NCBI GenBank assembly: GCA_016794425.1
Contig: JAEUHR010000043.1
Coordinates: forward strand, 128,141-192,140
Length of the DNA: 64,000 bases
Origin: Planctomycetota bacterium
Lineage (GTDB): Bacteria; Planctomycetota; UBA1135; UBA2386
Direction of reading: 5' to 3'
The notes under the pieces are model-generated. The model ran no database searches and had not been told where the DNA came from. It worked only from the letters and a program-made list of their open reading frames with translations. The position numbers and the translations under genes were made by a program. Of the stretch, positions 42,820 through 52,417 are shown piece by piece. Within the stretch, counting starts at the first letter, position 1. The number at the start of each line of letters is the position of its first letter.

Positions 42820-44904
42820 TCAGTACTCGATCTGCGCGTCGTCGACGCCCAGCGCCTGGCGTCGCGACAAACGCAGGCGGCCGCGGTCGTCCGCACCGAG
42901 CACCGCGACGACCATCTCTTCGCCCTCGCGAGCGACGTCGCCGGCACGGCGTACCGGCTGGCGGTCGAGTTCTTCCAGCGGCACGAGCCCTTCGTTGACC
43001 GCGTTGATGCGCACGAACGCGCCGAACTCCTTCACGCCGGTCACGGTGCCGCGGTAACAGCGGCCCACCTTCAGCACGCCGGCCGATCGCTGCACCAGGA
43101 TCGACGCGCGCTGCGCGGCGGTCCCCTCGGTGGCGTAGATCAGCACTTCGCCCGAATCGTCGACGCTGACGCGCGCGCCGGTGCTCTCGGTGATGCCCTT
43201 GATGTTGGCGCCGCGGGCGCCGATCAGCGCGCCGACCGCGTCGGGCAGGATCGCGAGCCGCAGCGCGCGCGGCACGAATCGCGAGGGTTCGGCCGCCGCG
43301 GCGATGGTCTTGGCCATCTCGCCGAGGATGTGCAGGCGGCCGTCGCGCGCCTGTGCCAGCGCCTGCGCCAGCACGGCCTCCTGCAGGCCGCCCAGCTTGT
43401 TGTCGAGCTGGATCGCGGTGATGCCGCGTTCGGTGCCGACCACCTTGAAGTCCATGTCGCCGAGGTGGTCCTCGTCGCCGAGGATGTCGCTGAGCACGAC
43501 GTGCCGCGTGCCGTCGCCGACGAGCCCCATCGCGATGCCGGCCACCGGCCGCCGCAGCGGTACGCCGGCGTGCAGCATCGCCATCGTGCCGCCGCAGACC
43601 GTCGCCATCGACGAGCTGCCGTTGCTCTCGGTGATCTCCGACTCGATGCGGATCGTGAACGGGAAGTCCTCAGCCGACGGCAGCGCGCAGCGCAGGCCGC
43701 GTCGCGCGAGCGAGCCGTGGCCGATCTCGCGCCGGCCGGGGCCACGCAAGGCGCGGATCTCGCCGACCGAGTACGGCGGGAAGTTGTAGTGCAGCAGGAA
43801 CCGCTCGGTCGCGCCGTCGGCGGCGATGCCGTCGATGCGCTGCGCGTCGTCGGGGCTGCCGAGCGTGCAGGTCACGATCGCCTGCGTCTCGCCGCGCGTG
43901 AACAGCGCCGAACCGTGCGCCCGGGGCAGCAGCCCGACCTCGCTCCAGATCGGCCGGATCTGCACCGGCGTGCGGCCGTCGAGCCGGTGCCCGGCCAGCG
44001 CCAGTTCGCGCGTCGTGCGCCAGGTCGCGTCGGCGAATGCGGCGCGCGCCGCCGCCGTCGCCTCGGGCGCCAGCGCTGCGAGCCAGTCGGCTTCCGCGGC
44101 AGCGACGGCAGCGCGTCGGTCGGCCTTCGTGCCGAGCCGCAGGGCCTGTTCGAGTGCGGCCTGCGTCGCCGGTGGCAGCGCCGGCAGGGCCGGTGCCTCG
44201 GGCAGCGCCTGCTTCGGCTTGCCGGCTGCTTGCCGCAGCTCTTCGAACGCCTTCTGGCAGCGCGCGATCCACTGCCCGGCTTGTGCGATCGCCGCCAGCG
44301 CGTCGGCTTCCGCGACCTCGGCGGCCTCGCCTTCGAGCATCACGAGGCCGTCCGGCCCGAAACCGACCGAGAACTCGAGGTCGGCATGCTGGCGCTGCAG
44401 CGCGCCGGCAAACGCGACCCACTGACCGTGCACGCGCTGGATGCGCAGGCCGCCGGCGGGGCCCTTGGCCGGCACCGGGCTCACGTGCAGCGCCGCACAC
44501 GCGGCGAGCAGCGCCAGGCTCTCGAGATCGCTGGTCGGTTCCGCGCTGAACACCTGCACCTGCACCTGCACTTCGTTGTGGTAGCCGTCGGGGAACAGCG
44601 AACGCAGCGTGCGGTCGATCAGCCGGCTGACCAGCACTTCGTGGTCGGTGATGCGGCCCTCGCGCCGACCGAAACCGCCCGGGATGCGGCCGGCGGCGGC
44701 GAACTTCTCGCGGTACTCGACGGTCAGCGGCAGGAAGTCGGTGCCGGGTTTCGCGGCTGCCGCTGCCGTGACGGTCGCCAGCACGACGTTGTCGCCGCAG
44801 CGTGCCCACACCGATCCGTGCGCCTGCCGCGCGATACGGCCGGTTTCGAACTCGACGTCGGTGCCGGCGATCCTGACGGTCGTGCGATGGGCCGTGGGCT
44901 GCAT
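42820..44904 (-). CDS. pnp: polyribonucleotide nucleotidyltransferase (PNPase)
   Basis: Two RNase PH domains (FETGRIARQAHGSV; REIGHGSLARR), KH (GARGANIKGITESTG) and S1 (GTVTGVKEFGAFV). ATG checked at 44902-44904. Confidence 0.95.
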   Translation of the reverse strand: MQPTAHRTTVRIAGTDVEFETGRIARQAHGSVWARCGDNVVLATVTAAAAAKPGTDFLPLTVEYREKFAAAGRIPGGFGRREGRITDHEVLVSRLIDRTLRSLFPDGYHNEVQVQVQVFSAEPTSDLESLALLAACAALHVSPVPAKGPAGGLRIQRVHGQWVAFAGALQRQHADLEFSVGFGPDGLVMLEGEAAEVAEADALAAIAQAGQWIARCQKAFEELRQAAGKPKQALPEAPALPALPPATQAALEQALRLGTKADRRAAVAAAEADWLAALAPEATAAARAAFADATWRTTRELALAGHRLDGRTPVQIRPIWSEVGLLPRAHGSALFTRGETQAIVTCTLGSPDDAQRIDGIAADGATERFLLHYNFPPYSVGEIRALRGPGRREIGHGSLARRGLRCALPSAEDFPFTIRIESEITESNGSSSMATVCGGTMAMLHAGVPLRRPVAGIAMGLVGDGTRHVVLSDILGDEDHLGDMDFKVVGTERGITAIQLDNKLGGLQEAVLAQALAQARDGRLHILGEMAKTIAAAAEPSRFVPRALRLAILPDAVGALIGARGANIKGITESTGARVSVDDSGEVLIYATEGTAAQRASILVQRSAGVLKVGRCYRGTVTGVKEFGAFVRINAVNEGLVPLEELDRQPVRRAGDVAREGEEMVVAVLGADDRGRLRLSRRQALGVDDAQIEY

Positions 44905-44970
44905 GGGGTGCGATCTTGCCCGCCGGCGGCGGCACTCGCCACGGCGCACGCGCTGCGAACAACGGCACAC

Positions 44971-44999
44971 TTGCATCGCGGCGCCAGGACCGGCATCAT
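44971..44999 (+). promoter_or_regulatory. candidate promoter TTGCAT-N17-CATCAT upstream of feoAB
   Basis: TTGCAT at 44971-44976, a 17-nt spacer, then CATCAT at 44994-44999. The -10 element is weak. Motif match only. Confidence 0.25.
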
Positions 45000-45004
45000 C
45001 CGGA

Positions 45005-45023
45005 ATTGAGACCTGATCTCAAT
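45005..45023. promoter_or_regulatory. 19-bp AT-rich palindrome ATTGAGA-CCTGA-TCTCAAT, candidate metal-regulator operator
   Basis: Perfect 7-bp arms at 45005-45011 and 45017-45023. It lies just downstream of the candidate -10 element and 16 nt before the feoA ATG. It is one of the most AT-rich spots I noticed in the window. Confidence 0.45.
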
Positions 45024-45038
45024 ACTAGCGCTGCGCCG

Positions 45039-45332
45039 ATGCCGTCGAGTCAGTCCGAGATCCCCGTTCCGACGGCCGCGCCGACGCCCGTCACGCTCAT
45101 CGAAGCCTTGGCCGGTGGCGCGACCGTGCACGAAGTGGTGGCCGTGCAGGGCGACGATCCGCTGGCCCGACGGCTGCAGACGGCCGGCGTCTGGCCGGGC
45201 GCGCGGCTCGAACTGCTGGCGCGGGCGCCGTTCGGCGACCCGCTGTTGTTCCGCGTGCACGGCTTCCGGCTGGCGCTGCGGCGCAGCGAGGCCCAGCGCG
45301 TGCTGGTGGTTGCCGGCGGAGCCGGGTCGTGA
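45039..45332 (+). CDS. feoA: FeoA-family protein
   Basis: SH3-like FeoA pattern (L..L..G....V..V.GDDPLARRLQTAGVWPGARLELL...PFGDPLLFRVHGFRLALRRSEA). Overlaps the feoB start. Confidence 0.85.
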   Translation: MPSSQSEIPVPTAAPTPVTLIEALAGGATVHEVVAVQGDDPLARRLQTAGVWPGARLELLARAPFGDPLLFRVHGFRLALRRSEAQRVLVVAGGAGS

Positions 45333-47266
45333 ACGCGGTCGCACCCGTCAGCGGTGGCGCCGTGGGCACGCGGCGCCGCGTCGCCCTGGTCGGTCGTGCC
45401 AACGCCGGCAAGACGTCGCTGCTGATGCACCTGACCGGTCGACTGCAGCGACCGGTGAACTTCCCGGGCACCTCGGTCGAGTGCGTCGAGGGTGACGTCG
45501 CGGCGGGCGGCTGCACGCTATGCCTGGTCGATCTGCCGGGCATCGGTTCGCTGGAAGCGCACAGCCGCGACGAACAGGAGGCGCTGCGCTACCTGCGCGA
45601 TCCGGATCGCGGCGTGGCCCTGCTGTGTGCCGTCGTCGACGCCAGCAAGCTCGTCGTCGAGCTGCGGTTGCTGGCCGAATTGCGGCGGCTCGGGTTGCCG
45701 ATCGTGGTGGCGCTCAGCAAGGTCGACGTGGCGGCAGCCGAGGGCTTCCCGGTCGACGTCGACCGGTTGCGGTCGGCGCTCGGTCTGCCGCTGCTGGTCG
45801 TCAACGGTGCGACCGGCGAGGGTGTCGAAGCACTGCGTCAGCGCCTCGCCGGCGACCTGCCGCCGGTCGAGCCGCTCGCAGTGGCCGGTGGCGGGCCCGC
45901 CGCACCGGCGGTCGCGGCGCGGTCGGTGCGCCGGTCGCGCACGGATCGGCTCGACGCGCTGCTGCTGCATCCGCTCGCGGGCCCGGTCTGCCTGGCGCTG
46001 GTGCTGCTGGCGATGTTCCAGCTCGTGTTCGTGGTGGCGGACCCGTTCATGGGCTGGATCGAGGCCGCGCAGGAATGGGCGAGCGGCGCGATCGCAGCGG
46101 CGGTGCCCGACGGCACGCTGCGGAGCTTCCTCGTCGACGGCATCGTGAACGGCGTCGGTTCGGCGCTGGTCTTCGTGCCGCAGATCGCGCTGCTGTTCGC
46201 CTTCGTCACGGTCGTCGAGGCGTCGGGCTACATGGCGCGCGCGGTGTTCCTGCTGGACCGGTTGCTGCGCAAGGTGGGCCTGTCGGGCAAGAGCTTCGTG
46301 CCGCTTGCCAGCAGCTTCGCGTGCGCGATCCCGGCGATCGTCGCGAGCCGCATCCTCGACGACGAACGCGACCGGCTGGCGACGATCGCCGTCGCGCCGT
46401 TGATGTCGTGTTCGGCCAGACTGCCGGTCTACGTCGTGCTGCTGGCGGCGTTCTTCCCGCCGCACCAGGCCGGGCTGCTGTTGTTCCTGCTCTACCTGCT
46501 CGGTGTGCTCGCGGCCGCGGTGACCGCGCTGGTGCTGCGGCGTACCGTGCTGCGCGGCGGCGTCTCGATGCTGGCGATGGAGCTGCCGGTCTACGAGCGG
46601 CCGCGGCTGCGCGTCGTCGGCGCGCACACCTGGCACGCGGTGCGGTCGTTCCTGCGCACGGCGGGCAGTGTGATCCTGGTCGCGGCAGTCGTCGTCTGGG
46701 CGCTCGGGTACTTCCCGCGGCCGGTGGCGATCCACGAGCAGTACGAGGCGTTGCGGGCCGGGGTGCCGGCGACGGTGGCAGGCGACGAAGAGCGGCAGCG
46801 GCTCGACGCGCGGGAAGCAGCAGCCTACCTCGAACAGAGCTGGCTCGCTTCGCTGGGCCACGCCGTGCAGCCGGTGTTCGCGCCCGCCGGCTTCGACTGG
46901 CGCACGACGGTCGGCGTGCTGGCGGCGTTCCCGGCGCGCGAACTGATCGTGCCGACGCTCGGCACGCTGCACAGCCTGGGCGAGGTCGAAGCGTCGACCG
47001 ACGCCCCCGACGCACGGTTGACCGAGGCGCTGCGCAGCGCCAAGGGGCCGGATGGACGACCGGTCATGAACGGCCTCGTGGCGCTGGCACTGATGGCGTT
47101 CTTCGCGCTGTGCAGCCAGTGCGCCGGCACGCTGGCGGCGATCCGGCGCGAGACGCACTCGTGGCGCTGGCCGGTGTTCACGTTCGTCTACATGACGGCA
47201 TTGGCCTGGGCCGTCGCCGTGGCGATCTACCAGATCGGCAGCTGGCTCGGCTACGCGCCGCAGTGA
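45329..47266 (+). CDS. feoB: ferrous iron transporter FeoB
   Basis: N-terminal G domain (ALVGRANAGKTSL, DLPG, SKVD) followed by a polytopic membrane domain. GTGA overlap with feoA. Confidence 0.9.
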   Translation: MNAVAPVSGGAVGTRRRVALVGRANAGKTSLLMHLTGRLQRPVNFPGTSVECVEGDVAAGGCTLCLVDLPGIGSLEAHSRDEQEALRYLRDPDRGVALLCAVVDASKLVVELRLLAELRRLGLPIVVALSKVDVAAAEGFPVDVDRLRSALGLPLLVVNGATGEGVEALRQRLAGDLPPVEPLAVAGGGPAAPAVAARSVRRSRTDRLDALLLHPLAGPVCLALVLLAMFQLVFVVADPFMGWIEAAQEWASGAIAAAVPDGTLRSFLVDGIVNGVGSALVFVPQIALLFAFVTVVEASGYMARAVFLLDRLLRKVGLSGKSFVPLASSFACAIPAIVASRILDDERDRLATIAVAPLMSCSARLPVYVVLLAAFFPPHQAGLLLFLLYLLGVLAAAVTALVLRRTVLRGGVSMLAMELPVYERPRLRVVGAHTWHAVRSFLRTAGSVILVAAVVVWALGYFPRPVAIHEQYEALRAGVPATVAGDEERQRLDAREAAAYLEQSWLASLGHAVQPVFAPAGFDWRTTVGVLAAFPARELIVPTLGTLHSLGEVEASTDAPDARLTEALRSAKGPDGRPVMNGLVALALMAFFALCSQCAGTLAAIRRETHSWRWPVFTFVYMTALAWAVAVAIYQIGSWLGYAPQ

Positions 47267-47272
47267 GGCCGG

Positions 47273-47569
47273 TCACTCGAGGTCGAACGGGTTGCGCGGC
47301 CGTTCGTCGGGGTCCTTCTGGGCCTCCTCCTTGGCGCGGCGCAGCTTCTGCTCGAGCTGTTCGTTGCGGCGCGCTTCGAGGTCCTTGGCCTGCGAGAACA
47401 GGTCGCCGAGCCGATCGGCATCGCGACGCTGGGCGGACAGCAGATCGTCGAGATTGCGGCCGCCTTTGGCTTCCTCGGGCCGCGCCGCGCGCGCCTTGCC
47501 GGAGCGCGTGTCGACCTCGATCAGCTTGTTGCAGCACGGGCACGGGAAGGTGAACACGGTTTCGGCCAT
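47273..47569 (-). CDS. small Cys-motif protein with charged helical tail (98 aa)
   Basis: Internal ATG (MAETVFTFPCPCCNKLIEVD), followed by a Lys/Glu/Arg-rich helix. No family recognised. Confidence 0.5.
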   Translation of the reverse strand: MAETVFTFPCPCCNKLIEVDTRSGKARAARPEEAKGGRNLDDLLSAQRRDADRLGDLFSQAKDLEARRNEQLEQKLRRAKEEAQKDPDERPRNPFDLE

Positions 47570-47823
47570 GGCACGCAGTGTAGACCCCGCGTCCTGGTCC
47601 GCGCTCGCTCGCGGTGACGTCGGCGTCGCTGCGCCGCGCTCGCCGCGGTATCCTGCGCGCCGCGGCAACCGTGCGGCGCGCCGCGCCGCGCGTTCGTGAT
47701 CCCGCGCCGTTCGAACCCGTGAGCGCCGAGAAAAAGCCTGCCGCCGATGGAACCCCGCAGGGGGTGAAGCGTCTGTCGACCGGTGCCCAGCCGGGGTCGC
47801 GCTGGGCGCCTGCACGCGACGAC

Positions 47824-48435
47824 ATGGGACCGACGGCAAACGACACCGCCGCGGTCGACCCGGCGCGCGAGCCGATGCTCGCGGCCCAGCGGGGTGACAT
47901 GGACGCGTTCCGGACCCTGCTCGTGATGTTCCAGGATCGGGTGATGCGGGTGATGACCTCCGTGCTGCACTGTGACCGCGCGATGGCCGAAGACCTCTGC
48001 CAGGAGGTGTTCCTGCGCGTGCACAAGGGGCTGCCGACCTTCGACGGGCAAGTGCGGTTCGTGACGTGGCTGCACACGATCGCGATGAACGTCGCGATCA
48101 GCGAATACCGTCGCCGCCGCGCCCAGAAGCGCGACCGCCGCACGCTGTCGATCGATGCGCCGGTGCCCGGCACGGACGACTTGCACGTCACGCCGGTCGG
48201 GCGCGAGATCGACCCGGGCGAGCAGGCCCACCAACGGGAGTTCCTCGCGCGCGTGCGGGAGTGCGTGCACCGGCTGCCGGACGAATACCGCGTGGTCGTC
48301 GTGCTGCGCGACATGGAATCGCTGTCGTACGAGGAGATCGCGCAGGTGCTGGACCTGCCGATCGGCACCGTGCGATCGCGCATCCACCGTGGGCGCCTGT
48401 TGCTGCAGGACATGTTGAAGGAGTTCGTGCGATGA
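47824..48435 (+). CDS. ECF-type RNA polymerase sigma factor (sigma-70 family group 4)
   Basis: Region 2 (DLCQEVFLRVHKGLPTFD...FVTWLHTIAMNVAISEYRRR) and region 4 (VVVLRDMESLSYEEIAQVLDLPIGTVRSRIHRGR). The start is uncertain. Confidence 0.85.
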   Translation: MGPTANDTAAVDPAREPMLAAQRGDMDAFRTLLVMFQDRVMRVMTSVLHCDRAMAEDLCQEVFLRVHKGLPTFDGQVRFVTWLHTIAMNVAISEYRRRRAQKRDRRTLSIDAPVPGTDDLHVTPVGREIDPGEQAHQREFLARVRECVHRLPDEYRVVVVLRDMESLSYEEIAQVLDLPIGTVRSRIHRGRLLLQDMLKEFVR

Positions 48436-49859
48436 GGCCCGAACGCGAAGTGGACGACCGCATCGCCGACTGGGTCGACGGCAGGCTCGTCGGCAAGGAC
48501 CTGGAGCGTTTCGAGGCGGAGCTCCGCGTCAATCCGCAGCTGCGGCGGGACCTCGAGGCGTACGAGCGAACGGTTGCCACCGTGCGCCAGGCCCTGCAGC
48601 AGCCGGGCGAACCGGTGCAGCTGGCCGATCGCGTGCTCGCCGCCATTGCGGCCGGGGCACAGCCGAAGCCGAGGCAACCGGTGGTGCTGCGGTGGCGTCC
48701 CTGGCTCTGGAGCCTGGCGACCGCCGCCGCGCTGCTCGTGGTGGCGCTGCTGGTCGACGCGTGGTGTGGCAAGCCGGAGGCGGATCTTCGGGTGCAGGCC
48801 GATTTCGACGGGGTGCCGGCCAACGCGCCGGCCGGGACCGCTGGCTTGGAAGGGAAGGACCAGATCCCACCCCGGACGGGGCCAGGCGACACGATGCCGC
48901 AGAAGGACCTCGATGCCCAGAAGGCGCGAGCCGGCAACGTCGTCGAGGTCCAGCGGGACGCCGCTGCCGGTGGCCCGGCGTCGGCGCCGACTGCGCCGGC
49001 GGCGCCGGCCGGCAGGTCCGACGAACCAGCCGGTGCGCCAGTGCCCGGTGCGGCAGCCGGACCCGGATCGCCACCGCTCGGGGGCGCACGCGCGCAGGAT
49101 CGCGAAACGGGCAGTCGAGGGGCGGACGACCACCGTGGCGTCCAGCCGACGGCGCCGGCAACCGTGCCGCAGGGACTCGGCGAAGAGCTGCCGCCGGCAG
49201 CCGAGGGTGAGGCCGCGAAGGTCGAGCAGCAGCAGGCGAAGGACGCAGTGCCGCCGCAAGTACCGCTCGAGCTGCTGCCGTTGGTCGTCCTGCAGGGGCC
49301 GGTGCCCGCTTCGGCCGACCAGTTTTCGCGCCGGTTGCGCGAACGCGCCGGCCGGGCCGCGGGTGGTGCCGAACGCGACAAGGACGCGAGCAAGGGGCTG
49401 AACCAGCGCACCAAGGGCGACCTCGGGCAACGCATCGACGAGTTCCTGACCGCGCAGGTCGCCCAGCTCGGAGCGCCGCCGTCGCGCGACAGCGCCAAGG
49501 ACAAGAAGGCCGCGGCGGATCGCGGCGTGGTGGTGCCCGCGGCGCCGGGCTGGGTTGCCGTTGCCGACCTGCGCCTGCACGCGATCGACCGGTCCGGCGC
49601 TGCCGATCCGGCTGCGGCGGTGTCGGCCACCGGCGCAGCGCCCGAGCCGCGGTGGATCGAGCGGGACTGGCTCGTCGAGGGGGCGCGCGAAGATGTCGCC
49701 GCGCTGCTGCAGCGCTTGGCCACCTTCGCTCGCGCTTCCGAGATGCAGGTGCTGACCGGTGAGACGACGGCGGCGCCGCCCGCGACCGAAGCGGTGCGCG
49801 ATGCGGTAGTGGCGCCGGCCGAACGCTTGGTGCTGCGCTTCCGCCTGCAGGCTCGCTGA
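48432..49859 (+). CDS. anti-sigma factor (single TM, Pro/Ala-rich extracytoplasmic region)
   Basis: ATGA overlap with the sigma gene. N-terminal anti-sigma helix pattern (IADWVDGRL...FEAELRVNPQLRRDLEAY) and one TM helix (LWSLATAAALLVVALLV). Confidence 0.7.
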   Translation: MRPEREVDDRIADWVDGRLVGKDLERFEAELRVNPQLRRDLEAYERTVATVRQALQQPGEPVQLADRVLAAIAAGAQPKPRQPVVLRWRPWLWSLATAAALLVVALLVDAWCGKPEADLRVQADFDGVPANAPAGTAGLEGKDQIPPRTGPGDTMPQKDLDAQKARAGNVVEVQRDAAAGGPASAPTAPAAPAGRSDEPAGAPVPGAAAGPGSPPLGGARAQDRETGSRGADDHRGVQPTAPATVPQGLGEELPPAAEGEAAKVEQQQAKDAVPPQVPLELLPLVVLQGPVPASADQFSRRLRERAGRAAGGAERDKDASKGLNQRTKGDLGQRIDEFLTAQVAQLGAPPSRDSAKDKKAAADRGVVVPAAPGWVAVADLRLHAIDRSGAADPAAAVSATGAAPEPRWIERDWLVEGAREDVAALLQRLATFARASEMQVLTGETTAAPPATEAVRDAVVAPAERLVLRFRLQAR

Positions 49860-49873
49860 CGCCACGCAGAGGC

Positions 49874-51067
49874 TCACGGGCAAGGCAGCGAGCGAGTGAT
49901 CCGGTCGCCGGGCTGCATCGGCACGACGTAGGTCGCGGTCGGTCCCTGCAACAGGATGGTGCGCGGGCGCTGGTCGACGGTTGCACGCAGGTGCACCGTG
50001 GCCCGCAGTCGCCGACTGCCGACCGTGCTGGCGAGCGCCGCCTCGCCGAGTTCGTCGGGCTCCAGGGCGCCGCTGCGCACCGTCAGCTCGAGGTCGAGGC
50101 TGGCGCCCTCGCCTCGCAGGTCGTCGCAGCGGAGCCATCGCACGTCCGGCGGCAGCCAGGGACGCAGGCGCACGCCGTGTTCGTCGACGCCGGCGCCGGT
50201 GGCCAGCCGCAGCCCGGTCAGGGCGAACAGGGCCGCGTCGAGGACCGCGCCGTGCGCTGCACCGCGCACGTCGAACGGCAGCCGTTGCCATGCCGCGTCG
50301 AGGTGGGCGCGCTCGCCGAGCTGGGCCGCGGCGGCGAGTTGCCAGGCGGCCGCACGCGCGTCGGCAACCGGCGCCGCCAGCAACGCGGGCAGCGCGGAGC
50401 GCAGGTGGCCCTCGAAGCGGTCGCCGGTCGCTACGAGCCAGCCTGCCGCCGCCGGGGCCAACACGGAGTCGTCGGGCCGTTCCGGCAGGCGCAGAGCCCC
50501 GTTCGTCGGCAGCGGCCGGTAGTGGCCGCGACCGGGCTGCCAGGTCTGCCGTTCGAGTTCCAGCCAGACCTGCAGGGCGCGTTCGCGCCACGACTGCGTC
50601 GCGCCGGTTGGTTCGCCGAGGCGTTCGCCGAGCGCTGCGAACGCGAACCGGGCGTGCGCCTGCAGCGCGCCGGCGGCGAACGACGGCGGTGGATCCGCGT
50701 CGGCTACGGTCTGCTCGAGCCCGCGCCGCAGGCGCGGCCAGCGCGCGCGCACGGTCGCCGCATCCCCGGTGGCCCGCAGGTACCAGAAGTGCGCGATCGC
50801 ATCCCATTGGGCCGCGTCCGGCCCGTCGATCGGTGCGGCCCACAGCGCCGCCGCGCCCGCCGGATCGCCGAGCCGCAGGCGCGCCAGCGTCGCCTCGGCG
50901 GTCGCGCGTGGCTCGCGGCTGCAAGGTGAGGCCGCGCGGGCGCGCGCCAGCAGCGTCGCCAGCGCGGCTGGTGCGCCGTCGACGCGGAGCCCTTGGCCGG
51001 GCGCAGGCGCCGCGGCAACGAGCAGGCAGAACGCCAGCGACGACACGCGGAACGAGGCGGTGCGCAT
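49874..51067 (-). CDS. hypothetical exported protein (397 aa), possibly (alpha/alpha)-toroid-like
   Basis: Internal ATG with signal MRTASFRVSSLAFCLLVAAAPAPGQG. Helical Ala/Trp-rich body. No family recognised. Confidence 0.5.
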   Translation of the reverse strand: MRTASFRVSSLAFCLLVAAAPAPGQGLRVDGAPAALATLLARARAASPCSREPRATAEATLARLRLGDPAGAAALWAAPIDGPDAAQWDAIAHFWYLRATGDAATVRARWPRLRRGLEQTVADADPPPSFAAGALQAHARFAFAALGERLGEPTGATQSWRERALQVWLELERQTWQPGRGHYRPLPTNGALRLPERPDDSVLAPAAAGWLVATGDRFEGHLRSALPALLAAPVADARAAAWQLAAAAQLGERAHLDAAWQRLPFDVRGAAHGAVLDAALFALTGLRLATGAGVDEHGVRLRPWLPPDVRWLRCDDLRGEGASLDLELTVRSGALEPDELGEAALASTVGSRRLRATVHLRATVDQRPRTILLQGPTATYVVPMQPGDRITRSLPCP

Positions 51068-51141
51068 GCCTCTGGGCACGTCACCCGTCGACTTCTGCAC
51101 GGATTTTTCCTCGCTGCCGGCGATCGGGTAGAAGCGGCGTC

Positions 51142-52395
51142 TTGGATTCCGGCGGGCGCAACTTCCACGCGGTGTGGCCGAGCCTGTTCGCCACCTCGAT
51201 GGGCCTGATGGCCTTCCTGCCGGTGCTCGTGCTCTACGTGCAGGAGCGCTTCGGCATCGACGACCCGGTCGAGCTGGCGTTCTGGGGCAGCACGATCTAC
51301 GGCGTGGCGCCGTTCTGCGCCGCCGTGGTCGGGCCGCTGTGGGGCGGCCTCGGTGACCGCGTCGGCAAGAAGCCGATGGCGATCCGCGCCAACCTCGCGA
51401 TCGCGCTGTCGACCGCGTTGATGCCGCTGGCGCCGACCCCGCTGGTGCTGCTGCTGATGCGCTCGCTGCAGGGTGCGCTGGCCGGCTACGTTGCGCCGGC
51501 GATGGCGCTCGCCACGGCGGAGGCGCCGCGCGCCGAGCACGGCGTGCTGATCGCGCGCCTGCAGGTGGCGATGGCGGTCGGCTCGTTCTGCGGGCCGCCG
51601 CTCGGGGCGCTGGCGACCCACTTCGGCGGTCGCGAGTCGATCTTCTGGGTCACCAGCGCGCTGTCGGGCCTCGCCGCCCTGTGGCTGCACCTGCGCGCCG
51701 TCGAGACCGTGGGGCCGCGCGCAGCGACGTCGTTCCTGCGCGACTTCGTGCGCAGCAGCCGCGAGCTGCTCGGCAACCACGTGTTCGCCTGGTTGCTGCT
51801 GCTGGTCTGGCTGCTGCGCCTGGGCCAGAACATGCTGGAGCCGTTCGTCGCGCTGTTCGTGCGCGAACTCGGCACCTGGCCGTGGCTCGCTGCGGCCTGC
51901 TCGACGCCGGAACTGGCGCTCGACCTGACCGTCGCCGCGGCGTTCGGCGTGCTGGCGCTGGCGCAGGTCGGCTTCACGACGCGGTGGGGGCGGTTGGCCG
52001 ATCGGTTCGGGCCGCTGCGGTGCCTCGCGGCACTGGGCATCGCGCTGGCGGTGGTGCTGTTCGCGTCCGCCGTCGTGGCGACGATCGGGCAGTTCCTGCT
52101 GCTGCGTACGCTGGCGGCGATCGTGATGGCCGGATCGATGGCGCTCGCCTACGCGGCCGCCAGCAAGCGCGTCGACGACCGGCAGCGCACGCTGGCGTTC
52201 TCGATGGTGCAGAGCTGCATGCAGCTGGGCTTCGCGTTCGGGCCGGTGCTGGGCGGACAGGTCGCGGTGGCCGCCGCGGCCGGCGCCGTGAACTACCGCC
52301 GCACGTTCGTGGCCGCCGCGCTGTTGTGCCTGGTGGCCGGGGTCGGCATGTTGCTGCTGCGGCGCCTGTCGACGCGGCGCGGCGCCGCGTTGTGA
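51142..52395 (+). CDS. MFS transporter
   Basis: About 12 TM helices and the MFS loop motif GGLGDRVGKKPM. The start is uncertain (TTG 51142, GTG 51172 or ATG 51199). Confidence 0.8.
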   Translation: MDSGGRNFHAVWPSLFATSMGLMAFLPVLVLYVQERFGIDDPVELAFWGSTIYGVAPFCAAVVGPLWGGLGDRVGKKPMAIRANLAIALSTALMPLAPTPLVLLLMRSLQGALAGYVAPAMALATAEAPRAEHGVLIARLQVAMAVGSFCGPPLGALATHFGGRESIFWVTSALSGLAALWLHLRAVETVGPRAATSFLRDFVRSSRELLGNHVFAWLLLLVWLLRLGQNMLEPFVALFVRELGTWPWLAAACSTPELALDLTVAAAFGVLALAQVGFTTRWGRLADRFGPLRCLAALGIALAVVLFASAVVATIGQFLLLRTLAAIVMAGSMALAYAAASKRVDDRQRTLAFSMVQSCMQLGFAFGPVLGGQVAVAAAAGAVNYRRTFVAAALLCLVAGVGMLLLRRLSTRRGAAL

Positions 52396-52417
52396 GCGAC
52401 TGCCGCGCCCGCCCGCC

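Noticed and set aside
47178-50924. 1248-aa ORF on the minus strand
   Set aside because: It is antisense to the ECF sigma/anti-sigma pair and out of frame with the 49874-51067 gene. The translation is low-complexity and Arg-rich.
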